Shown here: positions 38,337 through 47,043 of the stretch, in pieces
Numbering within the stretch: the stretch's first letter is position 1
Layout: every line of letters starts with the position of its first letter
Assembly (NCBI GenBank): GCA_963770565.1
Contig: CAVYQE010000001.1
Coordinates: 992,001-1,056,000 of the forward strand
DNA: 64,000 bases
Reading direction: 5' to 3'
Source: an uncultured Actinomycetota bacterium
GTDB lineage: Bacteria > Actinomycetota > Actinomycetes > JAFAQI01
Position numbers and translations under genes: made by a program
The notes under the pieces: generated by a model
What the model was told of the DNA's origin: nothing
Databases searched by the model: none
Seen by the model: only the letters and a program-made list of their open reading frames with translations

Positions 38337-39497
38337 ATGTCGGAGTTGCTCTCCGTGCTCGACTCCCTTGCCGTCGATGACGTGCACGCGATGGCGGAGC
38401 CGACGCTCCTTGCCCGGACCGAGACGCTGCTCGCCGCGCGCAACAAGCTCGACGCCGAGATCGCTCGCTCTCTGCAGGCGCTCGACGTGCGCGATGTGAC
38501 GGTGCACGAGTGCGGCCGCACGACCGGTTCGTGGCTGGTCGAGGAGCAGCGGCTCTCCCGGTTGGAGGCAACCCGCCGGATGGGCGTTGCGCGACTGCTG
38601 CCCTATCACCCGGAGCTGACTGCGGGCCTGGCGACCGGTGACGTGTCGCACGAGCACGCCCGGCTGATCCTGGATTGCCTGCGCCGGTTGCCGAGCGAGT
38701 GGGCGCGAGTGGCCGAGCCCGAGCTGATCGCTGCCGCGGCTGAGGTCGATCCCACCTCGCTCGGCCAGTTGTGCCGGGAGCTCCGACTGCGTTCGGGCGC
38801 CGATGAGGATGCCGAGGCCGTCGCCCAGCGGATGTTCCGCGATCGGTGGCTACGACTGTCGACGACCTTTCAGGGCATGGTGCATCTCGAGGGAATGTTG
38901 GATCCCGAGTCCGCTGCGATCGTGACCACGGCGATCACGCCGTTGCTCGCCACCGTCGGCGCTGAGGACCACCGCGACTCGGGTCAGCGTCGAGCCGATG
39001 CCCTCGTCGAGCTCGCCCGGATGGCGCTGGCGGGCGGCAAGCTGCCGGACCACGGCGGGGACCGTCCGCAGATTGTGGTGAGCATCCCGTGGGGGGAGCT
39101 GCGCGACGGCGTTTCGGCCGGGCAGCTGCCGTCCGCAACGCTGAATGGCACGCCGCTCACGCCGGCGATCGCCCGGCGGATCGCATGTGACGCGGGGTTC
39201 ATCCCGGCAGTGCTCGGCGGGCCGTCCGAGATCCTCGACCTCGGCCGTTCGCAGCGCAGTTTCAGCCGCGCACAACGCCGCGCCGCCGCCCTTCGCGACA
39301 AGGGCTGCGTGTTTCCGCAATGCAGGGTCGGCCTCGACCGCTGCCAGTTGCATCACCTGGACTTTTGGGAGTACGGCGGCAAGACGAATCTGCGCGACAG
39401 CGCTTACGTGTGCACGTTCCACCATTGGCTCGTCCACCACACCAGTTGGGTCATCATCCGCAACGCCCAGGGCCGGATCGAGGTCCGACGAACGTGA
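38337..39497 (+). CDS. DUF222 (13E12 family) HNH endonuclease-domain protein
   Basis: QRRADALVEL, RRIACDA, RDKGCVFPQC...HH...W..GG.T...CTFHH motifs. Confidence 0.9.
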   Translation: MSELLSVLDSLAVDDVHAMAEPTLLARTETLLAARNKLDAEIARSLQALDVRDVTVHECGRTTGSWLVEEQRLSRLEATRRMGVARLLPYHPELTAGLATGDVSHEHARLILDCLRRLPSEWARVAEPELIAAAAEVDPTSLGQLCRELRLRSGADEDAEAVAQRMFRDRWLRLSTTFQGMVHLEGMLDPESAAIVTTAITPLLATVGAEDHRDSGQRRADALVELARMALAGGKLPDHGGDRPQIVVSIPWGELRDGVSAGQLPSATLNGTPLTPAIARRIACDAGFIPAVLGGPSEILDLGRSQRSFSRAQRRAAALRDKGCVFPQCRVGLDRCQLHHLDFWEYGGKTNLRDSAYVCTFHHWLVHHTSWVIIRNAQGRIEVRRT

Positions 39498-39512
39498 TTC
39501 CTCGGTCGTGCG

Positions 39513-40673
39513 CTATTGCAGCTGTTCGAGCACGGAGCGACCCACTTCGGTCAAGGTCGCCTCCGGTGCGAGCGGGTGGGTGATGCCGGCGCGGACGTCG
39601 CGCAGCGCCTGCTCGTAGGGCTGGCGCCGGAAGTACGACATGCTGCCGAGCATCTCCATCGCGGTTTCGACCATGGCAATCGAGCTCAGCACGATCTGCC
39701 GCTTGGCCAGCATCGTGGCGCGAAAATGCACTTCGGTGAGGAGCGAGTCATCCGTCGTCCGGCGCAGCAGGCCTTCGAGGGCCCACCACGCCAGCCGCGA
39801 TTCCTGACTGAGCGCGCCGACGTGCCGATAGGTGATCGGGTCGTCGGGGTGCCGACCCTTGGTGACGTCGGTGAGCGCGCGTTCCCGGATGCCGTCGCCG
39901 GCGCCGAGATAGACCGCGGCGATCACCGTGAGCGCGATCAACAATCCGGGCGCCCGATGCGTGGTGCGATGCCGATCGGCGGGCTTGATCTCGCTCTCGA
40001 GTTCGTGCGTGCCGGTGATGTCGTCCTCGGGGACGAAGACGTCCTTGATCCCGATCCCGTTGCTCCCCGAGCCGCGCATGCCCATCGCATCCCAGGTATC
40101 GAGCACCTCGACGCCGGGTGCACTCATCGTGATCAGGACCGACGCAGCGACCGGCCCGCGCTGGTCGTCGATCAGGATCGGGGTCGCCAGGACGTCGGCG
40201 CCGGGGCAGCCGCTCGCCAGGCCCTTGCGACCGTTGAGTCGTAGCCCGCCGTCGACCCGGCTCGCGGTCACTCCGGGGTTGAGCGGGTCCGACGTACCGC
40301 TCGAGCACAGGATCAGGCCATCCGCGATCCGGCGTAGTGCGGACTCGACACCGGTATCGCCGCGGCGCCAGCGGCGCGCCATCGACAACACGGTGTGCTG
40401 GTGCATCGAGATTGCGAGGGAGGTATTCACGCACCCGGCGGCCATCGCGGCTTGGGCCCGGCACACGGTCGAGAGATCGTGGCCCCCGCCGCCGAGCTCC
40501 CGCGGAACGGCAACCGTGCCGTACCCGAGTTCGCGGATCGCCTCGTAGCCTTCCGCGACGAAGCTGGCTTCGCGATCGTGGTCGCCGGCGAACGGTTCGG
40601 CATGGCGGCCGATCTCGCGGGCGATCGCGATGACCTCGGACGGATCGAGCGACCCGTCGCCGGCGTCGGTCAT
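39513..40673 (-). CDS. Acyl-CoA dehydrogenase-fold flavoenzyme, probably monooxygenase-like (YdbM/DszC/KijD3 type)
   Basis: VPRELGGGG, LNGRK..ASG, WDAMGMRGSGS and C-terminal RDVRAGITHP motifs; ATGA-coupled to the DUF692 gene. Confidence 0.85.
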   Translation of the reverse strand: MTDAGDGSLDPSEVIAIAREIGRHAEPFAGDHDREASFVAEGYEAIRELGYGTVAVPRELGGGGHDLSTVCRAQAAMAAGCVNTSLAISMHQHTVLSMARRWRRGDTGVESALRRIADGLILCSSGTSDPLNPGVTASRVDGGLRLNGRKGLASGCPGADVLATPILIDDQRGPVAASVLITMSAPGVEVLDTWDAMGMRGSGSNGIGIKDVFVPEDDITGTHELESEIKPADRHRTTHRAPGLLIALTVIAAVYLGAGDGIRERALTDVTKGRHPDDPITYRHVGALSQESRLAWWALEGLLRRTTDDSLLTEVHFRATMLAKRQIVLSSIAMVETAMEMLGSMSYFRRQPYEQALRDVRAGITHPLAPEATLTEVGRSVLEQLQ

Positions 40674-41521
40674 GACCGCGGCGCCGTCAGCTCGCGGGTC
40701 GGGATCGGGTCGGCGGCGGCCAGGATGCTGCGCACCGTGGCAAGGTCGGCGCGGACCTGATCCGCCGCGCCCTCCCAGTCGGTGTCGCGTTCGATGAAGA
40801 TGATGTCGGGGTTGGCTCGCGTCAACACACGTTCGAGCAACCTGAACACCTCCTCGTGCACCGGGCGCGAGTGCGAGTCGATCCATTCCTCGCCATGCCG
40901 GGTCCCGCCGGCCAGGTGGATGTAGCGGATCCGCTCAGCGGGCAGGGAGTCGATGAATGCCTCGGCATCGAGCGGGCGGTTCTGCGAGTTGATCCAGATG
41001 TTGGTCAGGTCGAGCAGGCAGTCCCACTCCGGCGAGGCATCGAGAAGTTCGCGGTAGAACTCTTCCGGCGTGTACGTCGAGCCGCTGATCATCGTCGTGG
41101 TCGCGAGGTTCTCCAGTCGCACTCGTCGGCCGGTCGCCGCCGAGATCCGGGCGATGTTCGCGACGGCGCACTCGAGCAGCTCGTCGTCGAAGCGATTCGG
41201 CGCGAGGTGACCGAGCGCGTGGCCGCCGGCGGCGGTGAATGCCAGGTGGTCGCTGTAGGCAACTGCGCCGACCGCGTCGGCGAGCCGCGCGATCCGGCCG
41301 AGGTAAGCCTCGGTCGGTCCGCTCACCGAAGCGACGTTGCCGCAAAGCCCATGGATCGCGACCGGGATGCCGGCCACGCCGAGCTCACGCAACTCCCACG
41401 ATCGGCAGAAGCCGGAGTCGGCGAAATAACGGTCCGCGACGAGTTCCACCACGTCGACCGCGCAACCGTCCGGTCCGGAGTAGAGCTCCGGCAGCTCGGG
41501 TCGGTAGCCCGCCCCCACCAT
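40670..41521 (-). CDS. DUF692 family multinuclear non-heme iron oxidase (MNIO; MbnB/TglH/ChrH/HvfB family)
   Basis: G.GYRPEL, VELVADRY, HG, SDHL, LEN, LLDLTN, YIHLAGG, IDSH and IERD iron-ligand motifs; alternative GTG start at 41533. Confidence 0.92.
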   Translation of the reverse strand: MVGAGYRPELPELYSGPDGCAVDVVELVADRYFADSGFCRSWELRELGVAGIPVAIHGLCGNVASVSGPTEAYLGRIARLADAVGAVAYSDHLAFTAAGGHALGHLAPNRFDDELLECAVANIARISAATGRRVRLENLATTTMISGSTYTPEEFYRELLDASPEWDCLLDLTNIWINSQNRPLDAEAFIDSLPAERIRYIHLAGGTRHGEEWIDSHSRPVHEEVFRLLERVLTRANPDIIFIERDTDWEGAADQVRADLATVRSILAAADPIPTRELTAPRS

Positions 41522-41523
41522 CG

Positions 41524-42327
41524 TCAGGCCCACTCGAGAACCCCCTGGGAATGCAGTCGTGCCAGCGTAACGATCGTGCGCTCCGGTTGATCGATGTCAA
41601 TGCAAAGCTCAGCGGCGGATTGCGGGCCGTGTTCGCGGAGGCGGGTCAGCGCGGTCGCGGCGGCGGGGAACAGGCGCAGGATCTTCGGGTCGCGGCGCTG
41701 GCCATCTTGGAAGAACAGCAGATCGCACGGATCGGGCGGAAGGTCGCGTAGCTCGGTCAGGGTGAAGGAGCGAAGCTGACGCAGATCCCAGTCAAAATGC
41801 TGCACCTCGATGCTCGGGTGCAGCCGCAGCAGCCGACCGCGATCGAAGGTGTCTGGAGCCGCCTGCGGATTGCTCCGATCGGGTAGAAGTTCCAACGGTG
41901 CCGGCTGCCAGAAAGCCCGGCAGACGGCGAGCTCGAAGATCGCGAGTTCGGCGATCGCCGGGCCGCATTCGCTCGTCGGGGCCGAGTCGACCGCGAGCCG
42001 GACGAGTGCCGCGCCGAAGCCCAGCGGGTCGTCGGACAGCGCTTCGGTCTGCGGTGTGTCGGCGGCGTAGTCCGCCAGCAAAGCCTCCGCCGACGCTCCG
42101 AGCAGCACAAATGTGCGCGGAAGCGCGCGGCGCAGGATCCCCTGACGCTTGTTGACGAAGGAGGCGGTCAGTGCGGCGAGGTCCGGGACCATGGCGACGA
42201 ACGTGTCGAGGTCGGCGCCCGTCAAGCCGAGTCGGCCGGCATATGCCGGGGGATCGGCAAGGCATTCGGACCGGTCACGACGGCTCGTGATGACGGCCCC
42301 CATCGCCGATTCAAGATCGTGGCGCAC
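41524..42327 (-). CDS. Putative MNIO partner protein (DUF2063/HvfC-like with C-terminal winged-helix RRE-like end)
   Basis: L...LP.T..LLG, AELAIFELA, LRLHPS and terminal L..L...GVL pattern; directly upstream of DUF692. Confidence 0.7.
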   Translation of the reverse strand: MRHDLESAMGAVITSRRDRSECLADPPAYAGRLGLTGADLDTFVAMVPDLAALTASFVNKRQGILRRALPRTFVLLGASAEALLADYAADTPQTEALSDDPLGFGAALVRLAVDSAPTSECGPAIAELAIFELAVCRAFWQPAPLELLPDRSNPQAAPDTFDRGRLLRLHPSIEVQHFDWDLRQLRSFTLTELRDLPPDPCDLLFFQDGQRRDPKILRLFPAAATALTRLREHGPQSAAELCIDIDQPERTIVTLARLHSQGVLEWA

Positions 42328-42414
42328 CTAGCCATTGTGCCGGTCTGGCGTTACCGTGAGCGTGGAAGAGCCTTTGGGTTGGACGGTTGATCGGCTGTCC
42401 TGGGGGAGGCCAGT

Positions 42415-43293
42415 ATGGGCGAGCACGAACTTGCACAGGGTTACTTGCGTGGGGAGATCTCTCGTCGGACCATGATCCGGCGTCTCGTCGGTGGCGGTCT
42501 TTCGCTGGTCGCAGCGTCCGCCTTCGTCGACGAGCTGACGGCGGCGGATGCGGCACCGTCCGCGCACGGCGTGCCGTCGATCACCTCGATCACCCCGTCG
42601 TCGGGACCGCCGTCCGGCGGGACCAAGGTGGTCATCCGCGGCAAGCACTTCCTCGGTACGACGGCGGTGCACTTCGGCTCGCACAAGGCGAAGATCCATT
42701 CGGTGGCGTCGGCCTCGATCCACGTGACGTCGCCGAAGGGCTCGACCGGCTCGGTCGACATCACCGTCACGAACAGTCACGGCACGTCGAAGAAGAGCAA
42801 GCACCATCACTTCACCTACGTCCACAACCTCGCGCCGACGGTGACCAAGGTCGTGCCGGCCTCGGGTCCATCGGCCGGCGGCACCGCGGTAGTCGTTTCC
42901 GGGCGCAACCTCGGCAAGGCCTCGGCGGTTCACTTCGGATCTCGTCGCGGCACGATCACCAAGGTCGGCGCGACGTCGATCCACGTGAAGTCGCCGATCG
43001 GCTCCGGCGTGGTCGACGTCACTGTGACCACCTCGCACGGCACCTCCCACAAGCACGCGGCTGACCACTACCACTTCCTGGTTGCCCCGACACCGACACC
43101 GACGCCGACTCCCACTCCCACGCCGACGCCGACTCCCACTCCGACTCCGACTCCGACGCCGACGCCGACGCCCACGCCCACGCCCACCTCGGGGAGCAGT
43201 TGCAACTCCGGTTGCAGCACGAGTGGCAGTTGTAACTCCGGTTGCGGCGTCGGGTGCAACTCGAGCGGTTGCTTCCAGTGCGGTTCAGGTTGA
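42415..43293 (+). CDS. Tat-signal protein with two IPT/TIG domains, a (PT)17 stalk and a Cys-rich C-terminal tail; candidate MNIO substrate
   Basis: ISRRTMIRR..h-region..ADA; two P.IT.I.P.SGP..GGT.V.I.G..F/L IPT repeats; tail SGSSCNSGCSTSGSCNSGCGVGCNSSGCFQCGSG; GGGAGG RBS. Confidence 0.85.
   Translation: MGEHELAQGYLRGEISRRTMIRRLVGGGLSLVAASAFVDELTAADAAPSAHGVPSITSITPSSGPPSGGTKVVIRGKHFLGTTAVHFGSHKAKIHSVASASIHVTSPKGSTGSVDITVTNSHGTSKKSKHHHFTYVHNLAPTVTKVVPASGPSAGGTAVVVSGRNLGKASAVHFGSRRGTITKVGATSIHVKSPIGSGVVDVTVTTSHGTSHKHAADHYHFLVAPTPTPTPTPTPTPTPTPTPTPTPTPTPTPTPTPTSGSSCNSGCSTSGSCNSGCGVGCNSSGCFQCGSG
43087..43188 (+). repeat. Pro-Thr hexanucleotide coding repeat, (PT)17
   Basis: CCS-ACN units repeated 17 times. 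Confidence 0.9.
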
Positions 43294-43339
43294 GGATCCG
43301 GGTTCCGGAAGTGACGTCCGTCACTGGTGACGGGTTGCG

Positions 43340-44695
43340 GTGACCGAAGGCGGCACCGAGGCCCCTGAGGGGGACGCCGCCGGGCTGCGGTTGGACGAGC
43401 CGGTGGTCGTGCTGACCGGCTCGCGGCACGGTTCGACGTTGGTGCGCTTGATCCTCGACGCCCACCCCTCGCTGGCCTGTCCGGCCGAGACCAACATCCT
43501 CTCGCTGTCGGCGCGGTTGGCGCGGGCCGCCCGGCTACTCGCAAGTTCCGGCGATCCCGCCCTCGGCCCTCCGCTCGACATCGCCCGGGAGACGATCGAC
43601 GCGTTGTTTGCCGACCATCTGCGCCGGGTCGGCAAGCAACGCTGGTGCGACAAGTCGATCGACTCGTCGCGGAACGCCGCTGCGTTTCTCGAGTGGTATC
43701 CGAAGACGAAGTTCCTCTGCCTGTATCGGCACTGCCTCGACGTGATCGATTCAGGCATCGAGGTGACGCCCTGGGGGCTGTCGAGCTTCGGGTTCCGTCC
43801 GTACGGGCAGCGCCACCCGGGCAACGACGTCGCCGCGATCGCCGAGTACTGGTTGACGATGACGACCCGGACGCTCGAGTTCGAGCAGGCTCACCCCGAG
43901 GTCTGCCATCGGGTCTACTACGAGGACCTGGTCGGGGCGCCCGAGGACGTTGCCGCCGAGATCTTCGAGTTCCTCGGCGAGCCCGTCGTACCCGGCATCA
44001 CCGCGACCTGCTTCACCACGGTGGGTGCTCCGGTCGGGCCGGGCGATCCGAAGGTGTGGGCGACGTCGGCCATCTCGGCCAGGTCGATCGGGCGCGGCGC
44101 CCGGGTGCCGCTCGAGCTCATTCCGGTCACCCTTCGCGACCCGGTGTCCGAGCTGCTGGTCGAGCTGGGGTATCCCAAGCTGGGCGACCGGTACGACCAG
44201 GTCGGCCGAGCGCCTTCGAACGGCGCCGCCCCGGCCACTCCAGGCGACGACATCGACCAGCGAATCGGGGCGCACCTGCGCGAAGCCCTCTCGATGCTTC
44301 CCCCGATCAGTGGTTCATGGCGGGCCGCGCTCGACGGCAAGCCGGTGGCGATCGTGGGATCGCCCTGGCCGGATGCGTCGTCGCATTGGCGGGTCGACCT
44401 GGCCGGGCGGAGCTGCGTGCGCTCGAGCGGTGATCCGCTGGACGGCACCGCGTGGGCGGTCCTCGCCGAACCTGACGCGCTGATCGACGTGATGAACGGT
44501 CGGCTCAACCTAGCGATCGCCATGCGGCGGGGCCTGATCCGGATCGAGCGCGACCATTCGACTGCGCTGTCGACGGACGTCAGCCAGCTGGTGCCGCTGG
44601 CCAGGGTCGGGCGCGACGATGTCGTCCGGCTGCAGGTCACCGCGCGGCTGCTCGGCGCCCCGTCGGCCGATCCGGACGAATCATGGGAGCAGTGA
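43340..44695 (+). CDS. Sulfotransferase (TPST/Sulfotransfer_3-like) with C-terminal SCP2-like extension
   Basis: 5'-PSB loop GSRHGSTLVRLILDAHP, WCDKS, 3'-PB YRHCLDVIDS and YEDLV.APE motifs. Confidence 0.85.
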   Translation: MTEGGTEAPEGDAAGLRLDEPVVVLTGSRHGSTLVRLILDAHPSLACPAETNILSLSARLARAARLLASSGDPALGPPLDIARETIDALFADHLRRVGKQRWCDKSIDSSRNAAAFLEWYPKTKFLCLYRHCLDVIDSGIEVTPWGLSSFGFRPYGQRHPGNDVAAIAEYWLTMTTRTLEFEQAHPEVCHRVYYEDLVGAPEDVAAEIFEFLGEPVVPGITATCFTTVGAPVGPGDPKVWATSAISARSIGRGARVPLELIPVTLRDPVSELLVELGYPKLGDRYDQVGRAPSNGAAPATPGDDIDQRIGAHLREALSMLPPISGSWRAALDGKPVAIVGSPWPDASSHWRVDLAGRSCVRSSGDPLDGTAWAVLAEPDALIDVMNGRLNLAIAMRRGLIRIERDHSTALSTDVSQLVPLARVGRDDVVRLQVTARLLGAPSADPDESWEQ

Positions 44696-45780
44696 TGTCT
44701 CCGCAGCCCGAGGACGCGCTGCCCCACGAGAAAGCGCCGCCTCACGAGGAAGCGCTGCCCCACGACGAGCCGGCCGAAGACGAGGTCAGCCCGGAGTGGT
44801 GCCACTGGGCGGCCGTGTCGCTGCTCTCGGGAATGCCCCTGGCCGAGGTGATCTCGACGATGGCCGCGCAGGGCGTGCCCGAGCCGGATGCCGCGCGGGT
44901 GTGCGCGGCGGCGTTCATGGATCCGATGTTCGAGGCCGCGCAGACAATTGCACAGCAACACCGCAAGCTCGTCTCGGTGCTGGCGATGCGATCGACGATG
45001 CTGGACCTGGCCGAGAACGGGCGCGCGATCGAGCGCCGGTCCGGACTGAGCCGCAAGGAGTTCCTCGACGACTACTACGCCCGCAACCGGCCGGTCGTCC
45101 TCGAGGACGTCTGTGACACCTGGCCGGCGGTCGCGCAGTGGACCCCTGAGTACCTGGCCGAGGTGATCGGCTCCGCCGAGGTCGAGGTGATGTCCGACCG
45201 CGATGCCGACGACGACTACGAGATCAACGCGGACGCGCACAAGCAGTACATGCCCTTCGACGACTATGTTGCCCGGGTCCTCGCCGCTCAGTCGACGAAC
45301 GATCTCTATCTGGTGGCGAACAACCACCTGTTGGAGTCCGGCGTGGCCGAGCCGCTCTGGCGAGACATCGCGCTCGACGAGCGATACCTGGATCGCGGCG
45401 ATGCCGCGAGCCGGACCTACCTGTGGTTCGGCGCGGGTGGCACGATCACCAAGCTCCACCACGACGTGATGAACGTGATGTTCCACCAGGTCATGGGCTG
45501 GAAGCAGTTCACCTTGATCTCGCCGCTGGAGACCCCGCACCTCTATAACAACGCGTCGGTCTACAGCGATGTCGACCCGAAGTCGCCCGACTACACCCGG
45601 TTCCCGGCGTACGCGAATGCGCACCCGATCCATGTCACGGTCGGCCCGGGTGAGGCCTTGTTCGTGCCGGTCGGGTGGTGGCACCACGTCGAGGCGCTCG
45701 AGATGAGCATCAGCGTCTCGTCCACGAGCTTCGCCTTCCCGAACTCGATCGAGTGGTTCCATCCGGAGCGGCTGGGCTGA
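44695..45780 (+). CDS. JmjC/Cupin_8 Fe(II)/2-oxoglutarate hydroxylase
   Basis: NRPVVL, WPA..W, WFG..GT.T.LHHD, GWKQF and PVGWWHHVEAL (HxD...H) motifs; TGATG overlap with the sulfotransferase. Confidence 0.9.
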   Translation: MSPQPEDALPHEKAPPHEEALPHDEPAEDEVSPEWCHWAAVSLLSGMPLAEVISTMAAQGVPEPDAARVCAAAFMDPMFEAAQTIAQQHRKLVSVLAMRSTMLDLAENGRAIERRSGLSRKEFLDDYYARNRPVVLEDVCDTWPAVAQWTPEYLAEVIGSAEVEVMSDRDADDDYEINADAHKQYMPFDDYVARVLAAQSTNDLYLVANNHLLESGVAEPLWRDIALDERYLDRGDAASRTYLWFGAGGTITKLHHDVMNVMFHQVMGWKQFTLISPLETPHLYNNASVYSDVDPKSPDYTRFPAYANAHPIHVTVGPGEALFVPVGWWHHVEALEMSISVSSTSFAFPNSIEWFHPERLG

Positions 45781-45816
45781 GCCTCGCGGTCCGGTCGGCG
45801 GCGATACCTTCAGGAC

Positions 45817-47043
45817 ATGACCGAGACCTCGGTGACGTTCCAGCCGTTCAGCGCGGCGTTCACCGATGACCCGTATCCGCACTACGCGGAGCTCCGGGCC
45901 CAGGTGCCGGTGGAGCAGCATGCGCTCGGCTTCTGGGCGCTGTGGCGGCATGCGGACGTGACCGAGGTGCTGCGGGCCCGGCTGTCGGTCGAGGAGGGCA
46001 ATGTCACCAGCTTCGGGCCGATGCGAGCGGTGTACGACGAGATCTACCGGGAGGCCAACACCGGCCGGCGCGGCGAGGGCATGTCGATGCTCGACCGCGA
46101 TCCGCCGGACCACACCCGGCTTCGCCGGCTCGTGTCGCGCGCGTTCACGCCACGCCGGATCGAGACCCTCATCCCGGTCGTCCAGTCCCTCGTCGACGAC
46201 GCGCTGGACCGGATCGCCGACGCCGGCGAAGTCGACCTCATCGAGGCGCTGGCGTTTCCCCTGCCGTTCGCGGTGATCTCGACGATGCTCGGGATGCCGG
46301 AGACCGATGTCACGCGGTTGCGCGAGCTGTCTCACCTGATCGTCAAGTCGCTCGAACCGGTGCCGGACGAGCAGACCATCCGCGAGATCATCCTGGCCGA
46401 CAAGGAGATGGCCGACCGTACCGCCGAGGCGATCGAGTGGAAGCGCGATCATCCCGCCGACGACCTGCTGACCGCGCTGATCAACGCCGAAGACGGCGGT
46501 GATGTGCTCAGCGACGAGGAGCTGATCGGTCAGGTGGTGCTGCTCTACGTCGCGGGTCACGAGACGACGGTCAACCTGATCGGCAATGGCACGCTGGCGC
46601 TGCTCAACGACCCCGCGCAGGCCGCGCTCTGGCGGGAGCGACCCGATCTCGACGACAACGCGGTCGAGGAGCTGCTGCGCTACGACAGTCCGGTGCAGCT
46701 GACCCGGCGGATCACCCTCGAGGACTACGAGGTCGACGGCCACGTCATCCCGAAGGGGAGTTTCGTCATGGCCAGCCTCGGCTCGGCCAACCGCGACGGG
46801 GCGCAGTTCGGGCCGGACGCCGACCGGGTCAGGCTCGATCGCGCGAACGCGAAGCAGCATGCGTCGTTCGGCGGCGGCGTCCACCACTGTCTCGGCGCCG
46901 CGCTGGCCCGGACCGAGGGCCGGATCGCGCTGTCGTCGCTGGTCCGCCGGTTCCCGTCGCTCGCCCTCGCCGGCGAGCCGGCCCGCAACGGGCGGATCAA
47001 CCTGCGCGGCCTCACCGCGCTCCCGGTCAGCGTCGAGTCATGA
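45817..47043 (+). CDS. Cytochrome P450
   Basis: DPPDHTRLR, AGHETT, EELLR and FGGGVHHCLG motifs. Confidence 0.95.
   Translation: MTETSVTFQPFSAAFTDDPYPHYAELRAQVPVEQHALGFWALWRHADVTEVLRARLSVEEGNVTSFGPMRAVYDEIYREANTGRRGEGMSMLDRDPPDHTRLRRLVSRAFTPRRIETLIPVVQSLVDDALDRIADAGEVDLIEALAFPLPFAVISTMLGMPETDVTRLRELSHLIVKSLEPVPDEQTIREIILADKEMADRTAEAIEWKRDHPADDLLTALINAEDGGDVLSDEELIGQVVLLYVAGHETTVNLIGNGTLALLNDPAQAALWRERPDLDDNAVEELLRYDSPVQLTRRITLEDYEVDGHVIPKGSFVMASLGSANRDGAQFGPDADRVRLDRANAKQHASFGGGVHHCLGAALARTEGRIALSSLVRRFPSLALAGEPARNGRINLRGLTALPVSVES

Noticed and set aside
37699-39497. F420 nitroreductase and DUF222 gene as members of the MNIO cluster
   Set aside because: The DUF222 gene has its own SOS promoter and converges on the cluster; both families are common dispersed genes.
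42328-42414. Hidden short precursor peptide in the divergent gap
   Set aside because: I saw no convincing short Cys-rich ORF with an RBS; the 87-bp gap is about the size needed for two promoters.
43087-43245. Repeats as a possible CRISPR array or non-coding satellite
   Set aside because: They are in-frame coding repeats (PT stalk, CNSGC units) with no spacer structure and no cas genes.
43918-46887. 989-aa minus-strand ORF, and similar long ORFs at 34133-36844, 23688-26177, 559-2679 and 49117-50988
   Set aside because: Shadow frames of well-supported genes in high-GC DNA; no recognisable motifs.
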